Shown one piece after another: positions 1-10,773 of a stretch of 64,000 bases of DNA; within the stretch, counting starts at the first letter, position 1; every line of letters starts with the position of its first letter. The notes below the pieces were generated by a model that did not search any database, was not told the origin of the DNA, and saw only the letters and a list, made by a program, of their open reading frames with translations. This DNA is from an uncultured Gemmatimonadales bacterium (lineage in GTDB: Bacteria > Gemmatimonadota > Gemmatimonadetes > Gemmatimonadales > Gemmatimonadaceae): positions 1,632,001 through 1,696,000 of the forward strand of contig OY969695.1 of NCBI GenBank assembly GCA_963701965.1. The letters run 5' to 3'. Made by a program: the position numbers and the translations under genes.

Positions 1-490
1 GGATGAACATCGCGTCGGCGTTGTTCTGGGCGATCGCTTTGTTCAGCCAGGTAAGCGCGGTGGCGTAGCTGCGGGGCACGCCCACCCCTTCATAGTACGC
101 GCGCCCGAGCAGAGCTTCCGCGTTGGCGTCGCCTGTGGCCGCCATGGTTTGGGCCTTCTTGAGCGCGTCGGCGTAGTGGCCGGATTGCCACGCGGCGTCC
201 ATGGCGAGCTTGCCGGGATCGGCGGTCGCCCGCCGGACGAAGTTCGAGTCGGCGTGGCCCGGTTCGTTGAGCGCCGCAGCGTGTCGTCCATGTCGTCGCG
301 GTACCCTTTGGTGTCGACGCACGCCAATGCGTCTTTGGTCACCGGAGGGGCCAGCGCGTCGCGCTGTGCCAGCGCGACGCACCCACGGAGGAAGTCGAGG
401 ATCCCGACGTAGGCCTGCGCCAGCGCCACGGGTGTTGGCACCCAACCCGATCCCGCCGGGAGCGTGAGCGCGCGGCCGGGTCGCTACATC
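1..490 (-). CDS. Sel1-repeat (TPR-like) protein, runs off left edge; apparent frameshift near 230-270
   Basis: Manual minus-strand translation gives GDANAEALLGRAYYEGVGVPRSYATALTWLNKAIAQNNADAMFI, a Sel1-type repeat. The N-terminal part appears to be in the 43..441 frame. Start uncertain. Confidence 0.55.
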
Positions 491-613
491 CACCCGCGGC
501 CCACGGTGACGCGGCATCCGGCAGGCAGCAGACGGTTGGGAGACGGGTAGGCGACGCGGCGCGACCACTTTCGGAGCGGGTATTGGCTTGGACTCGACCC
601 CTCGGAGCATCGC

Positions 614-1093
614 ATGTCGCACGTGAGAACACACCTGATGGCCGTCGCCTGCGCCCTGACTGGCGCCCTCGTGTGCGCGCCCAACGGCTACGCGCAGACC
701 GCCTGGACCGCCAACGGCGCCACCGCCTGCGAGAAGTACCTGACGCCGGAAGTCGTGGCCGCGATCCTGCTCCAGCCGGCCGGCCACGCCCGGCGCATCG
801 ACGGCCAATCTTGCATTTACGAAACCGGCCACGCCGGCAGCATCGGCATCACGCTAAAAGTCGCCGATATCAACGTCTTCCGGCTGGAATTGCCCCGAAT
901 CGCCTACGCCAATCCGATTTCCGGCATCGGGGACGCGGCGTACTGGAACCCGGGCGGCGGCTTCTCCTCGGTGAAAGGCCACGACCGCGGCTGCGACGTC
1001 GCCGTTATCCTCGTGCCCTCCGACACGAAGATTCAGGGCGAAGCCTTGGCCCGGAAGGTCGGAGACATCTGTAATAAGCTCTTCGCCCTGTAG
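614..1093 (+). CDS. Secreted hypothetical protein
   Basis: 159-aa ORF with signal-peptide-like N-terminus (LMAVACALTGALVCAPNGYA-Q) and GGAG RBS upstream. Confidence 0.7.
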   Translation: MSHVRTHLMAVACALTGALVCAPNGYAQTAWTANGATACEKYLTPEVVAAILLQPAGHARRIDGQSCIYETGHAGSIGITLKVADINVFRLELPRIAYANPISGIGDAAYWNPGGGFSSVKGHDRGCDVAVILVPSDTKIQGEALARKVGDICNKLFAL

Positions 1094-1109
1094 TCGGCTT
1101 CCACCACGA

Positions 1110-1457
1110 CTACGCGGTCTCCGGGGGGTCGATCTCCTCGAACACGTTGGTCCCGGTGCCCGGTCGCGTGGACCAAGCGAAGTGCTCTACGATGCGAATG
1201 CGACGGTCGGGTCCACGCTCTGCCTGGCACACCGACCGGCCGCCGTGGATCTCACCGGACGCTTCGACTTGCGCATACCGGAACACCAGTTGTGACCCGG
1301 AGAGTGTGCCCGCCAAGCAGCCACGTGCGATGGCACCGCCGCTGTAGCGACCCACGACCCGCGAGCCCCGTTGGATAAAGCGCAGGCGGGTACCGGGGCC
1401 GACCACGCCCCGGTCGGCCGTAACGCTCACGCGCATGACGACTCGATCGAGATTCAC
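1110..1457 (-). CDS. Small beta-rich hypothetical protein (family often loosely labelled 'N-acetylglutamate synthase')
   Basis: Motifs RYSGGAIARGCLAG, FRYAQV...GEIHGGRS, RIVEHFAW; GAGG RBS before GTG. Confidence 0.6.
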   Translation of the reverse strand: MNLDRVVMRVSVTADRGVVGPGTRLRFIQRGSRVVGRYSGGAIARGCLAGTLSGSQLVFRYAQVEASGEIHGGRSVCQAERGPDRRIRIVEHFAWSTRPGTGTNVFEEIDPPETA

Positions 1458-1488
1458 AAGCGGTGTCCTCCATTGAGAGCGTGTTGGA

Positions 1489-2094
1489 CTACTGGGATAC
1501 GAGCGCCGCGATCAGGTCCTTGGTGAATTGCGGAGTTCCGGTGTTGACCGCGAAGGACCGGGGAGATTCCACTCGAACCCGCACCACCGCGTTGGGGATG
1601 GCATAGACGGCGTAGTACATGGCTACGGTGCCGGCATTGGAGACACGCCGGAGCTCCGCCGCGTAGACCCAGCCGCGCGCCGTGTGGCCATTGGCCTTGA
1701 AATCCTCGCGGCGTTCGAGCCGAGTGTGAAGAAAGGTGAGCTGCCCATTGCGTCGCGCGTCGACAAGGGTGTTTCGCAGACCGTCGACGGCGTTCCAGCC
1801 GACCGCTGCCGTGTCATCCGAGGTGTTCAGGGGGATGCCCGCGTCATAGGAGGACACGAGTACGCTGATCACGTCTCCGTCTCGTTTGTAATGGTACTGC
1901 GTGCCGTTGCTGACGGCGCCGAGCGAGATGGTATCCGCGATCTTGTATCCCCGAATCTCGGCCGGCATTGGGGGGAGCGTGGCGCTCGTGGTCGATCCGG
2001 CTGGTGCCGAATCGGTTTGACCCGCGGCGCGGGCTTGAGGAAGGGCGCCTGCCAGACTGATCAACGCGACCATTGTCCTGCGCATATGCCTCAT
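1489..2094 (-). CDS. Secreted hypothetical protein
   Basis: 201-aa ORF with signal peptide (MRRTMVALISLAGALPQARA). Confidence 0.65.
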   Translation of the reverse strand: MRHMRRTMVALISLAGALPQARAAGQTDSAPAGSTTSATLPPMPAEIRGYKIADTISLGAVSNGTQYHYKRDGDVISVLVSSYDAGIPLNTSDDTAAVGWNAVDGLRNTLVDARRNGQLTFLHTRLERREDFKANGHTARGWVYAAELRRVSNAGTVAMYYAVYAIPNAVVRVRVESPRSFAVNTGTPQFTKDLIAALVSQ

Positions 2095-2257
2095 TTGTTT
2101 AGGCCACGCCTAAACTGACGAGTTCGGCAAGCGAGCGCAAGCAACAGTTGTATGGCGGCGCGCTTCACGTCTTCTCCGGACCTTATTATCCTGGCAATCT
2201 GGGGCAACACCCAGGCCAGTTAAATTGTGTCCAATGCAATTCGAGATTTATTGAACC

Positions 2258-5200
2258 GTGACGGGACCCGCAGCCGACTCTCACCCCGGCGATAACACGG
2301 GGGAAGTCCTCAAGCCTCACGAGATTCCGCTCGGGACGGGCGGCGGGAGCATCACGGCCCTCTTCATCCGCCGGCCGGTGATGACCACGCTCATCATGGC
2401 CGGAATTCTGCTGTTCGGCATTATCGCGTACTTCCAGCTCCCGGTCAGCGACTATCCGGCCGGCGACTACCCCACCATCGCGGTGAGCGCGGCGCTCCCG
2501 GGCGCCAGCCCCGAGACGATGGCGGCGACCGTGGCGACGCCGCTGGAGAAGCAGTTTTCGACCATCGCGGGCATCGACAACATCACATCGACGTCGGTCC
2601 TGGGGGCGACGTTCATCACGGTACAGTTCGCGCTGGACCGGGATATCGACGCGGCCGCGCAGGACGTGAACGCGGCCATCTCCGCGGCGTTGGTCAAGCT
2701 GCCGATCAACATGATCCCGCCGTCGTACCGGAAGCAGAATCCGGCGTCGTATTCGATTCTGTACTACGATGTCACGTCGCACAATCTGCCGCTCCAGACG
2801 GTGGACGAGTACGCCGAGACGACGATCGCGCAGCGCATCTCGATGGTGGCGGGCGTGGCGCAGGTGAACGTCTGGGGATCGCAGAAGTACGCCGTTCGCA
2901 TTCAGGTCGATCCGGAGGCCCTCGCCTCGCGCAACCTCGGCATCGATCAGGTCGCCCGGGTCGTCACGGCGGACAACGTGAGCATCCCGACCGGGATCAT
3001 GTATGGGCGGCATCAGACCAAGACGGTCTACGCTACCGGCCAGCTCTACAACGCCGAAGGATTCAAGCACATCGTCATCGCCTACCGCAACGGATCGCCG
3101 GTGCGGCTCGGCGACGTCGCGACCGTACTGGATGACGTCCAGAACAACAAAACGGCGAGCTGGTACTTCATCAACGGCAAGGGCGAGCGGGCGATCTTCC
3201 TGGCGATTCAGCGCCAGCCCGGCACCAATACGATCGAGGTCGTGAACGCCGTCAAGCAAAAGATGGCGGAGATCGAGAAGGAGCTGCCGGCGGAACTGAT
3301 CGTGCACCAGACGGGCGATCGCAGCGTGAGCATCCTGAGCGCCGTGCACGATGTGAAGCTCTCGCTGGTCCTGGCGCTGGTGTTCGTCGTGCTGGTCATT
3401 TTCATCTTCCTCCGGCACGTCACGGCCACGGTCATTCCCAGCCTCGCCCTGCCGATGGCGGTGGTGGGCACGTTCTCGATCATGTACTTGCTGGGGTTCA
3501 GCCTCGACAACCTGTCGCTCATGGCGCTGACCCTGGCCGTGGGGTTCGTGGTCGACGATGCAATCGTCATGCTGGAGAACATCATCCGGCACATCGAGCT
3601 CGGCGAGCCACCGATGGCCGCGGCGCTCAAAGGATCGGGCGAGGTGGGATTCACGATCCTGTCGATGACGTTGTCCCTGACGGCGGTGTTCATCCCCCTG
3701 CTCTTCATGGGCGGACTGATCGGGTGGCTGTTCAAGGAGTTCGCGCTCACGATCATGGCGTCGATCTTGGTGTCCGGCTTCGTGTCGCTGACGCTGACGC
3801 CAATGTTGTGCAGCCGGTTCCTGCAGCCGCACCGCCAAGAGCAGCATGGCGCATTCTTCATGGCCACCGAGCGGGCCTTTGCCGCCCTCCTCGGTGCCTA
3901 CGAGCGGAGTCTCGCCTGGGTCATGCGGCACCGGCCGGTCACCCTGGCGTTTTCGGTGCTGATCCTGGTCTTGACCGGCGTGCTCTTTACCCAGGTGACC
4001 AGGAGCCTCTTCCCGCCGGACGACACGAGTCAGCTCAACGGAACGACCGAAGCGGCGCAAGGCACGTCGTTCCCGGAGATGGTGCGGCTGCAGCAAAAGG
4101 TGGCCGCCCTGGCCGCGCAGGATCCGTACGTGCAGGAATTCTCGTCGTCGGCGGGCAGCGGGTTCTCCAACACGACGAACCAAGGGTCGCTGTGGTTCAC
4201 CCTCAAGCCACCGAATGAGCGGCCGACGGCGGACAGCGTGTTGGAGGAGCTCACGCATCGACTGAGCTCGGTCCCGGGCATTTCCGTCTACCTGCAGAAT
4301 CCGCCGTCGATTCGCATCGGGGGCCGCAACTCGAAGGCGCTCTATCAATACACCCTGGCGAGTCCCGACATCGACGAGCTGTACACGAATGCGCTGCAGT
4401 TGCTGGAGGAGCTCAAGAAAAATCCGCTGCTGGAGGACGTGACGTCGGATCTCTTGAGCACGAGTCCGACCGTCACGGTCCGGATAGACCGGGACCGGGC
4501 CGGCGCGCTCGGCATCAACGCGGCAACATTGGAGAACGCGTTGGCCGAGGCGTACAACTCGCAACAGATCTCGACGATCTATACGGCCAGCAACGAGTAC
4601 TGGGTCGTCATGGAGGTGCAGCCGAGGTATCAGCGGAATATCCCGGACATCGGGAGCCTCTACATCCATGCGCCGAACGGCAAGGTCGTGCCGATGGCCG
4701 ATGTCGCCACGCTGGAGCGCGGCGTGAGCCCGATGACGGTGAATCACTCGGGCCAGCTGCCGTCGGTGACGATCACGTTCAACACGCCGCCGGGCACGGA
4801 CCTCGCGCACGTCACCGAATCGGTCGAGGCCACCGCGGACCGCGTGCTTTCGCCGGGCACCACCCATGCGTTCTCGGGTCAGGCGCAGGCGTTCCAGGCT
4901 TCGCAGTCCGGCTTGGGCGTGCTGCTGGTGGTGACGATCTTCGTGATCTACATCATTCTCGGGATCCTGTACGAGAGCTTCATTCACCCGATCACGATTC
5001 TCACTGGCCTCCCGTTCGCCACGTTCGGCGCGCTGTTGGCGCTCTGGGTCACGGGGGTCGAGCTCGACGTCTATGGCTACGTCGGAATCATCATGTTGAT
5101 CGGGATCGTGAAAAAGAACGCGATCATGATGATCGACTTCGCGATCGAGACCGAGCGGGCCGGACACAAGACGCCGGCCGAGGCGATCGTCGAAGCGTGT

Positions 5201-5473
5201 AGCGTGCGCTTCCGGCCGATCATGATGACCACGGTCGCGGCGATCGCCGGCACGCTGCCGATCGCCATCGGCGTCGGCAGCTCCGCTGCCTCGCGCCGCC
5301 CGCTCGGCGTGGCGGTCGTCGGGGGTCTTGCGTTTTCGCAGATCGTGACGCTCTACGTCACGCCGGTGTTCTACACGTACCTCGACGAGCTCCAGTCCTG
5401 GCTTGGCAGCCTCAGGCTCCCGCGCCGCATCCCACGCGCCAGCGAGGCAGTGTCACCGGTGGGCGCCGACTAG
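2258..5473 (+). CDS. RND efflux permease, AcrB/MdtB-MdtC family (orphan copy)
   Basis: 1071 aa with FIRRPVMTT, LPGASPETMAATVATPLE, GFVVDDAIVMLENI, GIVKKNAIMMIDFA and RFRPIMMTT signatures. Confidence 0.95.
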   Translation: MTGPAADSHPGDNTGEVLKPHEIPLGTGGGSITALFIRRPVMTTLIMAGILLFGIIAYFQLPVSDYPAGDYPTIAVSAALPGASPETMAATVATPLEKQFSTIAGIDNITSTSVLGATFITVQFALDRDIDAAAQDVNAAISAALVKLPINMIPPSYRKQNPASYSILYYDVTSHNLPLQTVDEYAETTIAQRISMVAGVAQVNVWGSQKYAVRIQVDPEALASRNLGIDQVARVVTADNVSIPTGIMYGRHQTKTVYATGQLYNAEGFKHIVIAYRNGSPVRLGDVATVLDDVQNNKTASWYFINGKGERAIFLAIQRQPGTNTIEVVNAVKQKMAEIEKELPAELIVHQTGDRSVSILSAVHDVKLSLVLALVFVVLVIFIFLRHVTATVIPSLALPMAVVGTFSIMYLLGFSLDNLSLMALTLAVGFVVDDAIVMLENIIRHIELGEPPMAAALKGSGEVGFTILSMTLSLTAVFIPLLFMGGLIGWLFKEFALTIMASILVSGFVSLTLTPMLCSRFLQPHRQEQHGAFFMATERAFAALLGAYERSLAWVMRHRPVTLAFSVLILVLTGVLFTQVTRSLFPPDDTSQLNGTTEAAQGTSFPEMVRLQQKVAALAAQDPYVQEFSSSAGSGFSNTTNQGSLWFTLKPPNERPTADSVLEELTHRLSSVPGISVYLQNPPSIRIGGRNSKALYQYTLASPDIDELYTNALQLLEELKKNPLLEDVTSDLLSTSPTVTVRIDRDRAGALGINAATLENALAEAYNSQQISTIYTASNEYWVVMEVQPRYQRNIPDIGSLYIHAPNGKVVPMADVATLERGVSPMTVNHSGQLPSVTITFNTPPGTDLAHVTESVEATADRVLSPGTTHAFSGQAQAFQASQSGLGVLLVVTIFVIYIILGILYESFIHPITILTGLPFATFGALLALWVTGVELDVYGYVGIIMLIGIVKKNAIMMIDFAIETERAGHKTPAEAIVEACSVRFRPIMMTTVAAIAGTLPIAIGVGSSAASRRPLGVAVVGGLAFSQIVTLYVTPVFYTYLDELQSWLGSLRLPRRIPRASEAVSPVGAD

Positions 5474-6519
5474 GCGGCTGATCGCAGTTTCGAGAACATG
5501 CCCCAGCACGCCACGAACATTGCGGCGATGACCGGTCCCAGGACAAAACCGTTGAGACCGAACACGGCGATGCCGCCGAGTGTGGAGATGAGTACCAGAT
5601 AGTCGGGCAGCTTGGTGTCTTTGCCGACCAGCATGGGACGCAGGATGTTGTCGATCGTGCTGATGACCGACGCGCCGAAGGCCAGGAGCACGATGCCCCG
5701 CCACACCTCGCCCGTCACCAGCAGGTAGATCGCGACCGGAAACCACACCACGGCGGCTCCAATGGCCGGGAGCAGCGACAGAAAGGCCATCACCGCCGCC
5801 CAGAGCACCGGCGCGTGAATACCGAGGAGCGCGAAGATGATCCCCCCGAGCGCGCCTTGCACCACAGCGACGACCAGGTTGCCTTTGATCGTGGCCCGGA
5901 TGACGGTGGTGAATCGTTCGGAGAGGTCGCGTTGTTGCTCGGGCGGCAGCGGGATGGCCGCCTTGATGCGCTTGGACAGATCGTCACCGTCGCGCAGCAG
6001 AAAGAACAGCAGGTAGAGCATGATGCACAGGCTGACGATGAAATCGGCCGTGTTCTGCCCAATGTTGAGCGCGTGCGTGGCGAGGTATTGCAGGTTCTTC
6101 GTGAGGCCGGCGGATACCTTCTCGCGCGTCGCGCCAAGATCCGTCAGCCCGAGGCGGTCCAGGATGTTCGCCAGCCATGCGGGAAGGGCGCCGGCGATCC
6201 GCTGCGCGGCTCGGCCAATGTCCCATTCTCCCGACTGCATCTTCGCATACGTGCTGGCGCCTTCCTGTAGCAACGCCCCCGTGATCAGCGTCAGCGGCAG
6301 GATGACCATGATGAGGATGATCAGCAGGGTCGCGAGCGCGGCGAGGCGGGGCCGCTGGGGCATGGAGCGACACAGTCGCCGATAGAGCGGCGCGAACACA
6401 ATGGCCAGCACGGTGCCCCACAGGATCGCTCCGGAAAAGGGCCAGAGAATCCATCCAAATGCCAGGGTGACCGCGATGACCAGGCAAACGAACGTCTTGT
6501 CTTCGAGGGTCGCGCGCAT
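5470..6519 (-). CDS. AI-2E family transporter
   Basis: 349-aa polytopic membrane protein with IDNILRPMLVG and STLGGIAVFGLNGFVLGPVI motifs. Confidence 0.9.
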   Translation of the reverse strand: MRATLEDKTFVCLVIAVTLAFGWILWPFSGAILWGTVLAIVFAPLYRRLCRSMPQRPRLAALATLLIILIMVILPLTLITGALLQEGASTYAKMQSGEWDIGRAAQRIAGALPAWLANILDRLGLTDLGATREKVSAGLTKNLQYLATHALNIGQNTADFIVSLCIMLYLLFFLLRDGDDLSKRIKAAIPLPPEQQRDLSERFTTVIRATIKGNLVVAVVQGALGGIIFALLGIHAPVLWAAVMAFLSLLPAIGAAVVWFPVAIYLLVTGEVWRGIVLLAFGASVISTIDNILRPMLVGKDTKLPDYLVLISTLGGIAVFGLNGFVLGPVIAAMFVACWGMFSKLRSAA

Positions 6520-6552
6520 AGTTGCGGTGCGATCCTCTCCCTCCGTGGAACG

Positions 6553-7140
6553 TCAGCTCATGGACGCACGGAGCGCTCCGGTCACATTGTGCTCGGCGGA
6601 CTTGATCCGCACGGCGCCGACGAGCAGCAGGATGCCCGCGACGATCGCGAATCCCGCAATGAAGGCCATGATTGCGGCAAGTGTCGCCGGCTGGTACACC
6701 AGGGCGAGCACGCCGGCCACGACGCTCACGATGCCGAGCGCCATGGTCCAACCCCACGACATCGCGAGGCGCCGCTGCTGCACCGCGACGTAGATGCCGA
6801 CCACTCCCGTCAGCAGCAGCCACCAGGCCACCCAGAGGACGGCAAACGCGAGCGACAGCACCGGGTAGTAGTACAGCGCGGCAACCCCGAACACGGCGCT
6901 GATGACGCCGCCAAGGAGCATGAGCCACCAGTGGTTCACATAGGCCTTGAGGTCGAACGAGTGGACGATATTCGTCAGGCCATCGATCAGCGCCCAGAAA
7001 GCAATGACGAGCGCGAATACCGCGACGGACTCGAGCGGCCGGGCCAGGATGAAGATGCCGAGCGCGAGTGCTACCACGCCACGCAGGACGATGCCCCACC
7101 ACACGCGGTTGAGCGTGCCTTCGAGGTTGTTCGGTGCCAT
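6553..7140 (-). CDS. HdeD/DUF308 family membrane protein
   Basis: Repeated two-TM units (WWGIVLRGVVALALG...WWLMLLGGVISAVFG) typical of DUF308. Confidence 0.85.
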   Translation of the reverse strand: MAPNNLEGTLNRVWWGIVLRGVVALALGIFILARPLESVAVFALVIAFWALIDGLTNIVHSFDLKAYVNHWWLMLLGGVISAVFGVAALYYYPVLSLAFAVLWVAWWLLLTGVVGIYVAVQQRRLAMSWGWTMALGIVSVVAGVLALVYQPATLAAIMAFIAGFAIVAGILLLVGAVRIKSAEHNVTGALRASMS

Positions 7141-7186
7141 ACCATCCTCCGGTTGCGAATCGATCGCCGCAAGAGGTACGCCACCA

Positions 7187-8242
7187 TCACTCGCCGGAAC
7201 TGGTCACTGTCCACGTGGACCCGTAGCCGCTCGCCTGCAGAATCCGATCGGGATCGTCCAAGCGGACGAGATCGCGGACGGCGCGCCGCTTGTCCGTTGC
7301 GCGCTCGTAGTACGCCTGGCAAATGCGATAACCGACCCAATACCCGAGATCGGGCGCGCCATGGTTGTGGGGGTCATCGCCACTCGCGATCCAGTTCTTG
7401 GTCGCCGTGTCGTGCATATCGTGGGCGAACTCGCGCCAGACGGCCGCCTCATGCCCCCGTCCGTACCGATGGTAGCTCATCGAGTCGAGCCACGGGCCGG
7501 AGGCCAGTTCGGAGAGAAAGTCGGCGCCTCCCTCGATCAGCGCGTCGTGGAGGAGGTTCCGGCAGCACTGCCGTCCCTCATCGAGCTGGAGGAAATGCAC
7601 GGTCTCGTGAATGACGATGTGGCCGAGTGTCGTCACCGACACGGATGAGGTAAACTGCCGCACCCACGCCGGGATCTCATCGACCGGCGTCGTCGCGGTA
7701 CGCGAGGACATCTCGGTGCCCATCAGCATGCCGCGCTCAGACGACGTGCCGGCGCTGTTGAGTCGGCCGATCACGAAGTAGATGTCGGGATATCGCGCCC
7801 CGGGGTAGAGCACCGACAACTGGCGCAGCCCGCGCCGCGCAACACCCAAGACTGTGTCGGTGGTCGCGATCTCCATACTCGCCGACCGGATCCCGGCATA
7901 GTACCGTGGCCACGCCAATGTCGCCCGGACGAGCTCCTCGGCCGCCGTCACCATCGAGTCGCGACCACGGCCTTTGATCTTGCCGCGCGCGAAGTCTTCC
8001 AGGCCAACCGATCCGACCGCGAGATACTCCTCGTTGAATACGCGGACGCGTGTCGCGCTGTCCTTTCCCGCGGCATCGTCGAACGCCTTCCAGAACCGTG
8101 GAATGTCCGCCGTGATCAGTTTCACGGAATCCGGCGAGACGTGGAGGGCCACACCCGTGGACGGCGGGCGATGATGACACGCGGCGGCGACGGCGATCAG
8201 CGCGCAGGCCAGGCCGCCCGCGGTCAGACGATGGACGGGCAT
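7187..8242 (-). CDS. DUF2268/GldB-like putative Zn-dependent protease, lipoprotein
   Basis: HETVH (HExxH), EGGADF and DLGYWVGYRICQAYY motifs; lipobox AAAC. Confidence 0.8.
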   Translation of the reverse strand: MPVHRLTAGGLACALIAVAAACHHRPPSTGVALHVSPDSVKLITADIPRFWKAFDDAAGKDSATRVRVFNEEYLAVGSVGLEDFARGKIKGRGRDSMVTAAEELVRATLAWPRYYAGIRSASMEIATTDTVLGVARRGLRQLSVLYPGARYPDIYFVIGRLNSAGTSSERGMLMGTEMSSRTATTPVDEIPAWVRQFTSSVSVTTLGHIVIHETVHFLQLDEGRQCCRNLLHDALIEGGADFLSELASGPWLDSMSYHRYGRGHEAAVWREFAHDMHDTATKNWIASGDDPHNHGAPDLGYWVGYRICQAYYERATDKRRAVRDLVRLDDPDRILQASGYGSTWTVTSSGE

Positions 8243-8430
8243 TCAGCGACTCCTCGCGTGGTGTCGCGAGGAAAGTAAGTCGGACGGGGAGACGGGAACG
8301 GTCCAATATGCGGCAAACTCGTAAGACCAAGACGCAATGTGTTCTCGCGCTCTTGCCCTTGCCTGCGCCGCGCGCCTCGGGGAGCGCCATGACCGTTTGG
8401 GGCCCGGAGCCTCACACGAGGGCTCCGAGC

Positions 8431-9093
8431 CTACGATGATGCGGGTCCAACGCCTCCAGTAATAGCGAGGTGAGTCACGGCTCCTGAGGAGACGTGCTCC
8501 GTGCACCGGTAGCCGAGCGCGGGCCAGTCGACGTTGGCGAAGAGGCTTTCGCCTTTGCCGAGCAATACGGGTGAGACGACCAGGTGGAGCTCATCGATCA
8601 GGCGCTCGGAGACATACTGGCGGATCGTGGAGGCCCCGCCACCGATGCGGACGTCGCGACCGTTGGCGGCGGCCCGGGCGCGATCCAGCGCCGCGTGGAT
8701 CCCGTCGGTCACGAAGTGGAACGTCGTGCCGCCGTTCATGGGGATCGACTCGCGCGGATGATGCGTCAGGACGAAGACCGGCACGTGATAGGGCGGGGTG
8801 TCGCCCCACCATCCCTTCCACGCGTCATCCCGCCATGGCCCCCGGACGGGACCGAACATGTTGCGGCCGAGAATCCAGGCGCCGACGTTCTCGAATCCGC
8901 GGGCGGCGAACTGATCGTCGACATCGGTACTGCCACCCTCGTGACCGTGCATCACACGAAACGTGCGCGTCGCCCAGGCCCAGTCGAACAACGCCTCGCC
9001 ACCGGCACCCAACGGATGGGCGAGGTCCTGATCCGGTCCCGCGCTGTAGCCGTCGATCGAGACGCCGACGCTGCGTACGAGTACTCTGGTCAT
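8431..9093 (-). CDS. Dihydrofolate reductase family (RibD C-terminal-like) protein
   Basis: SIDGY, ILGRNMF, WKGWWGDTPPYHVPVFVLTH, RIGGGASTIRQY and PVLLGKGESLF motifs. Confidence 0.9.
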   Translation of the reverse strand: MTRVLVRSVGVSIDGYSAGPDQDLAHPLGAGGEALFDWAWATRTFRVMHGHEGGSTDVDDQFAARGFENVGAWILGRNMFGPVRGPWRDDAWKGWWGDTPPYHVPVFVLTHHPRESIPMNGGTTFHFVTDGIHAALDRARAAANGRDVRIGGGASTIRQYVSERLIDELHLVVSPVLLGKGESLFANVDWPALGYRCTEHVSSGAVTHLAITGGVGPASS

Positions 9094-9237
9094 GCCGATA
9101 GAATAGTGGCGACGGCGTACGATGGCGCGCCGAATCGGCGGATGTCGGGGATCCTCAGGAGCACACCGACGCTGACATATCCGAGCGGGGTCAGCCCCGT
9201 GTCGGCGACCTGGACGACGGACACGCGTATTTTCGGG

Positions 9238-9931
9238 TTATGTGCGGTAGTCGGGCGACTGCCTCATGGGCAAGAGTCTACGGATGTCACGGTTCTCGAA
9301 GACCGGTCCTCGAAGCACTCCTGTTCCTCTCACGGCGGCCTGCACTATGACCAGCGCCAGGTCGTCGGCCCGAATCACATAGTTCGGGAACGCGACGCGA
9401 GCCACGGGATAGCTCGCGCGCATCAGACGGTAGGCGAGGTTCGGCTCTTTCCGCGGCTCCACTGGATAGATGTACGCGGGGCGAAACAGGTACACATTCT
9501 GGAAACCCCGTTGCCAGGAGCGCCTTCTCGGCCTCGCCCTTGTACCGCGCAAAGGCGATCCGGCTTCGACCGGTCGGATCCGCGCCCATTCCGCTCAAGA
9601 AGGCGAACGCGGCGCGTGGACTGCTGGCGAAGAGCACGCGCGCGAACTCGATCGGGAAGTCGACTGTGGTCCGGCGGAGCTCCGCGTCCGGCACGGCCCC
9701 GGTATACGTGCCGAGACAGAACACCGCCGCATCCTGTTCCGACAGGACGCCGGAGAGCGCGGCGCAGTCGGCGAAATCCTGATGGAGCACATCGGTCAGC
9801 TTGGGGTGCGCGACGCCCGTCGCCCTACGGCCGATGGCCGTCACGCGTTCGACGTCAGGGTCGTCGAGCGCGTAGCGAAGGGCGTAGCCACCGACCATTC
9901 CGGTGGCACCAACGAGCGCCAAGCGCTTCAC
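9238..9931 (-). CDS. NAD(P)-binding Rossmann protein (NAD-dependent epimerase-like); apparent frameshift near 9510
   Basis: Starts VKRLALVGATGMVGG, contains YKGEAE, and continues as VYLFRPAYIYP in the 9238..9552 frame. Confidence 0.8.
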
Positions 9932-9950
9932 GGGGCGCCCGCGTCCATCC

Positions 9951-10289
9951 TCAGTGGGGATAGAGCACCTGAATGCTGACGTCCGTACCGGTGATCGTAA
10001 TCGCTCCTTGAATGCCACCCTTCTTGAATCCGATCGCCGCAAATTCTCTCGGCAATGCCACCTCCTGGGCGCCGGGAAGGAGCGTGTACCCGGCCTTGGG
10101 AAGGGCCTCCATGTAGAACGTAAACAGCGCATGGCCAACCGCGTTGTGCCAGTCGCAGATCACCTCCGGCCCTTGGACGATGGGCTGACAGGCGGCCAAA
10201 TGGGGAGCGAGCGGGAAGTCGGCCGGAAGGCCGGGCCCGGTGGTCGCGACGAGCGCGAAGGTGGCGAACAGTGGGTGCAGGCGTAGCAT
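9951..10289 (-). CDS. Small secreted hypothetical protein
   Basis: ATG at 10289 (MLRLHPLFATFALVA); GLPADFPL motif. Confidence 0.55.
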   Translation of the reverse strand: MLRLHPLFATFALVATTGPGLPADFPLAPHLAACQPIVQGPEVICDWHNAVGHALFTFYMEALPKAGYTLLPGAQEVALPREFAAIGFKKGGIQGAITITGTDVSIQVLYPH

Positions 10290-10449
10290 CAGGGCCTCCA
10301 GAGATTGAGCCGACAGTTTCCCGTCGGCCGCGGTGGCTCGAACGGTGCGCCGGCACATTGCGGGCTTCCCGTCTGTCGACCGTCTCCTGCCCGTCGTGAG
10401 GCGGTGGAATACATTACCCGCTCCACTCTCCCTCCCGAGGAGTCCCACC

Positions 10450-10746
10450 ATGCCATCGTTCCTGATCGAACGCAACGTTCCCGGCGCTGAGGCCCTGTCC
10501 GCCGAGCAGGTTCAGGACATTGCCAAGACCTCGAACCGCGCGCTGCGCGAGCTCGGACCGGACATTCAGTGGGTGCAGAGCTACGTGACCAAGGACAAGA
10601 TCACGTGCGTCTATATCGCCGCCAATGAACAGATCATCCGTGAACATGCGCGTATCGGCGGTTTCCCGGCGGACCGCATCTCGCAGATCCAGACGGTGAT
10701 GAATCCGACGAGCGCGGAGGCGACGTCGGCCAAGACCGCGCGTTGA
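10450..10746 (+). CDS. DUF4242 family protein
   Basis: MPSFLIER...QWVQSYVTKDKITCVY...IREHARIGGFPADRI; AGGAG RBS. Confidence 0.85.
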   Translation: MPSFLIERNVPGAEALSAEQVQDIAKTSNRALRELGPDIQWVQSYVTKDKITCVYIAANEQIIREHARIGGFPADRISQIQTVMNPTSAEATSAKTAR

Positions 10747-10773
10747 GTTGATCTCTTGAGTTGACCGCGGTCG

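Noticed and set aside
2186..5167. 993-aa minus-strand ORF, and similar long ORFs at 58852..62121, 24957..26576 and the front of 10813..13770
   Set aside because: Antisense shadows of clear GC-rich genes; Arg/His-rich with no recognisable motifs.
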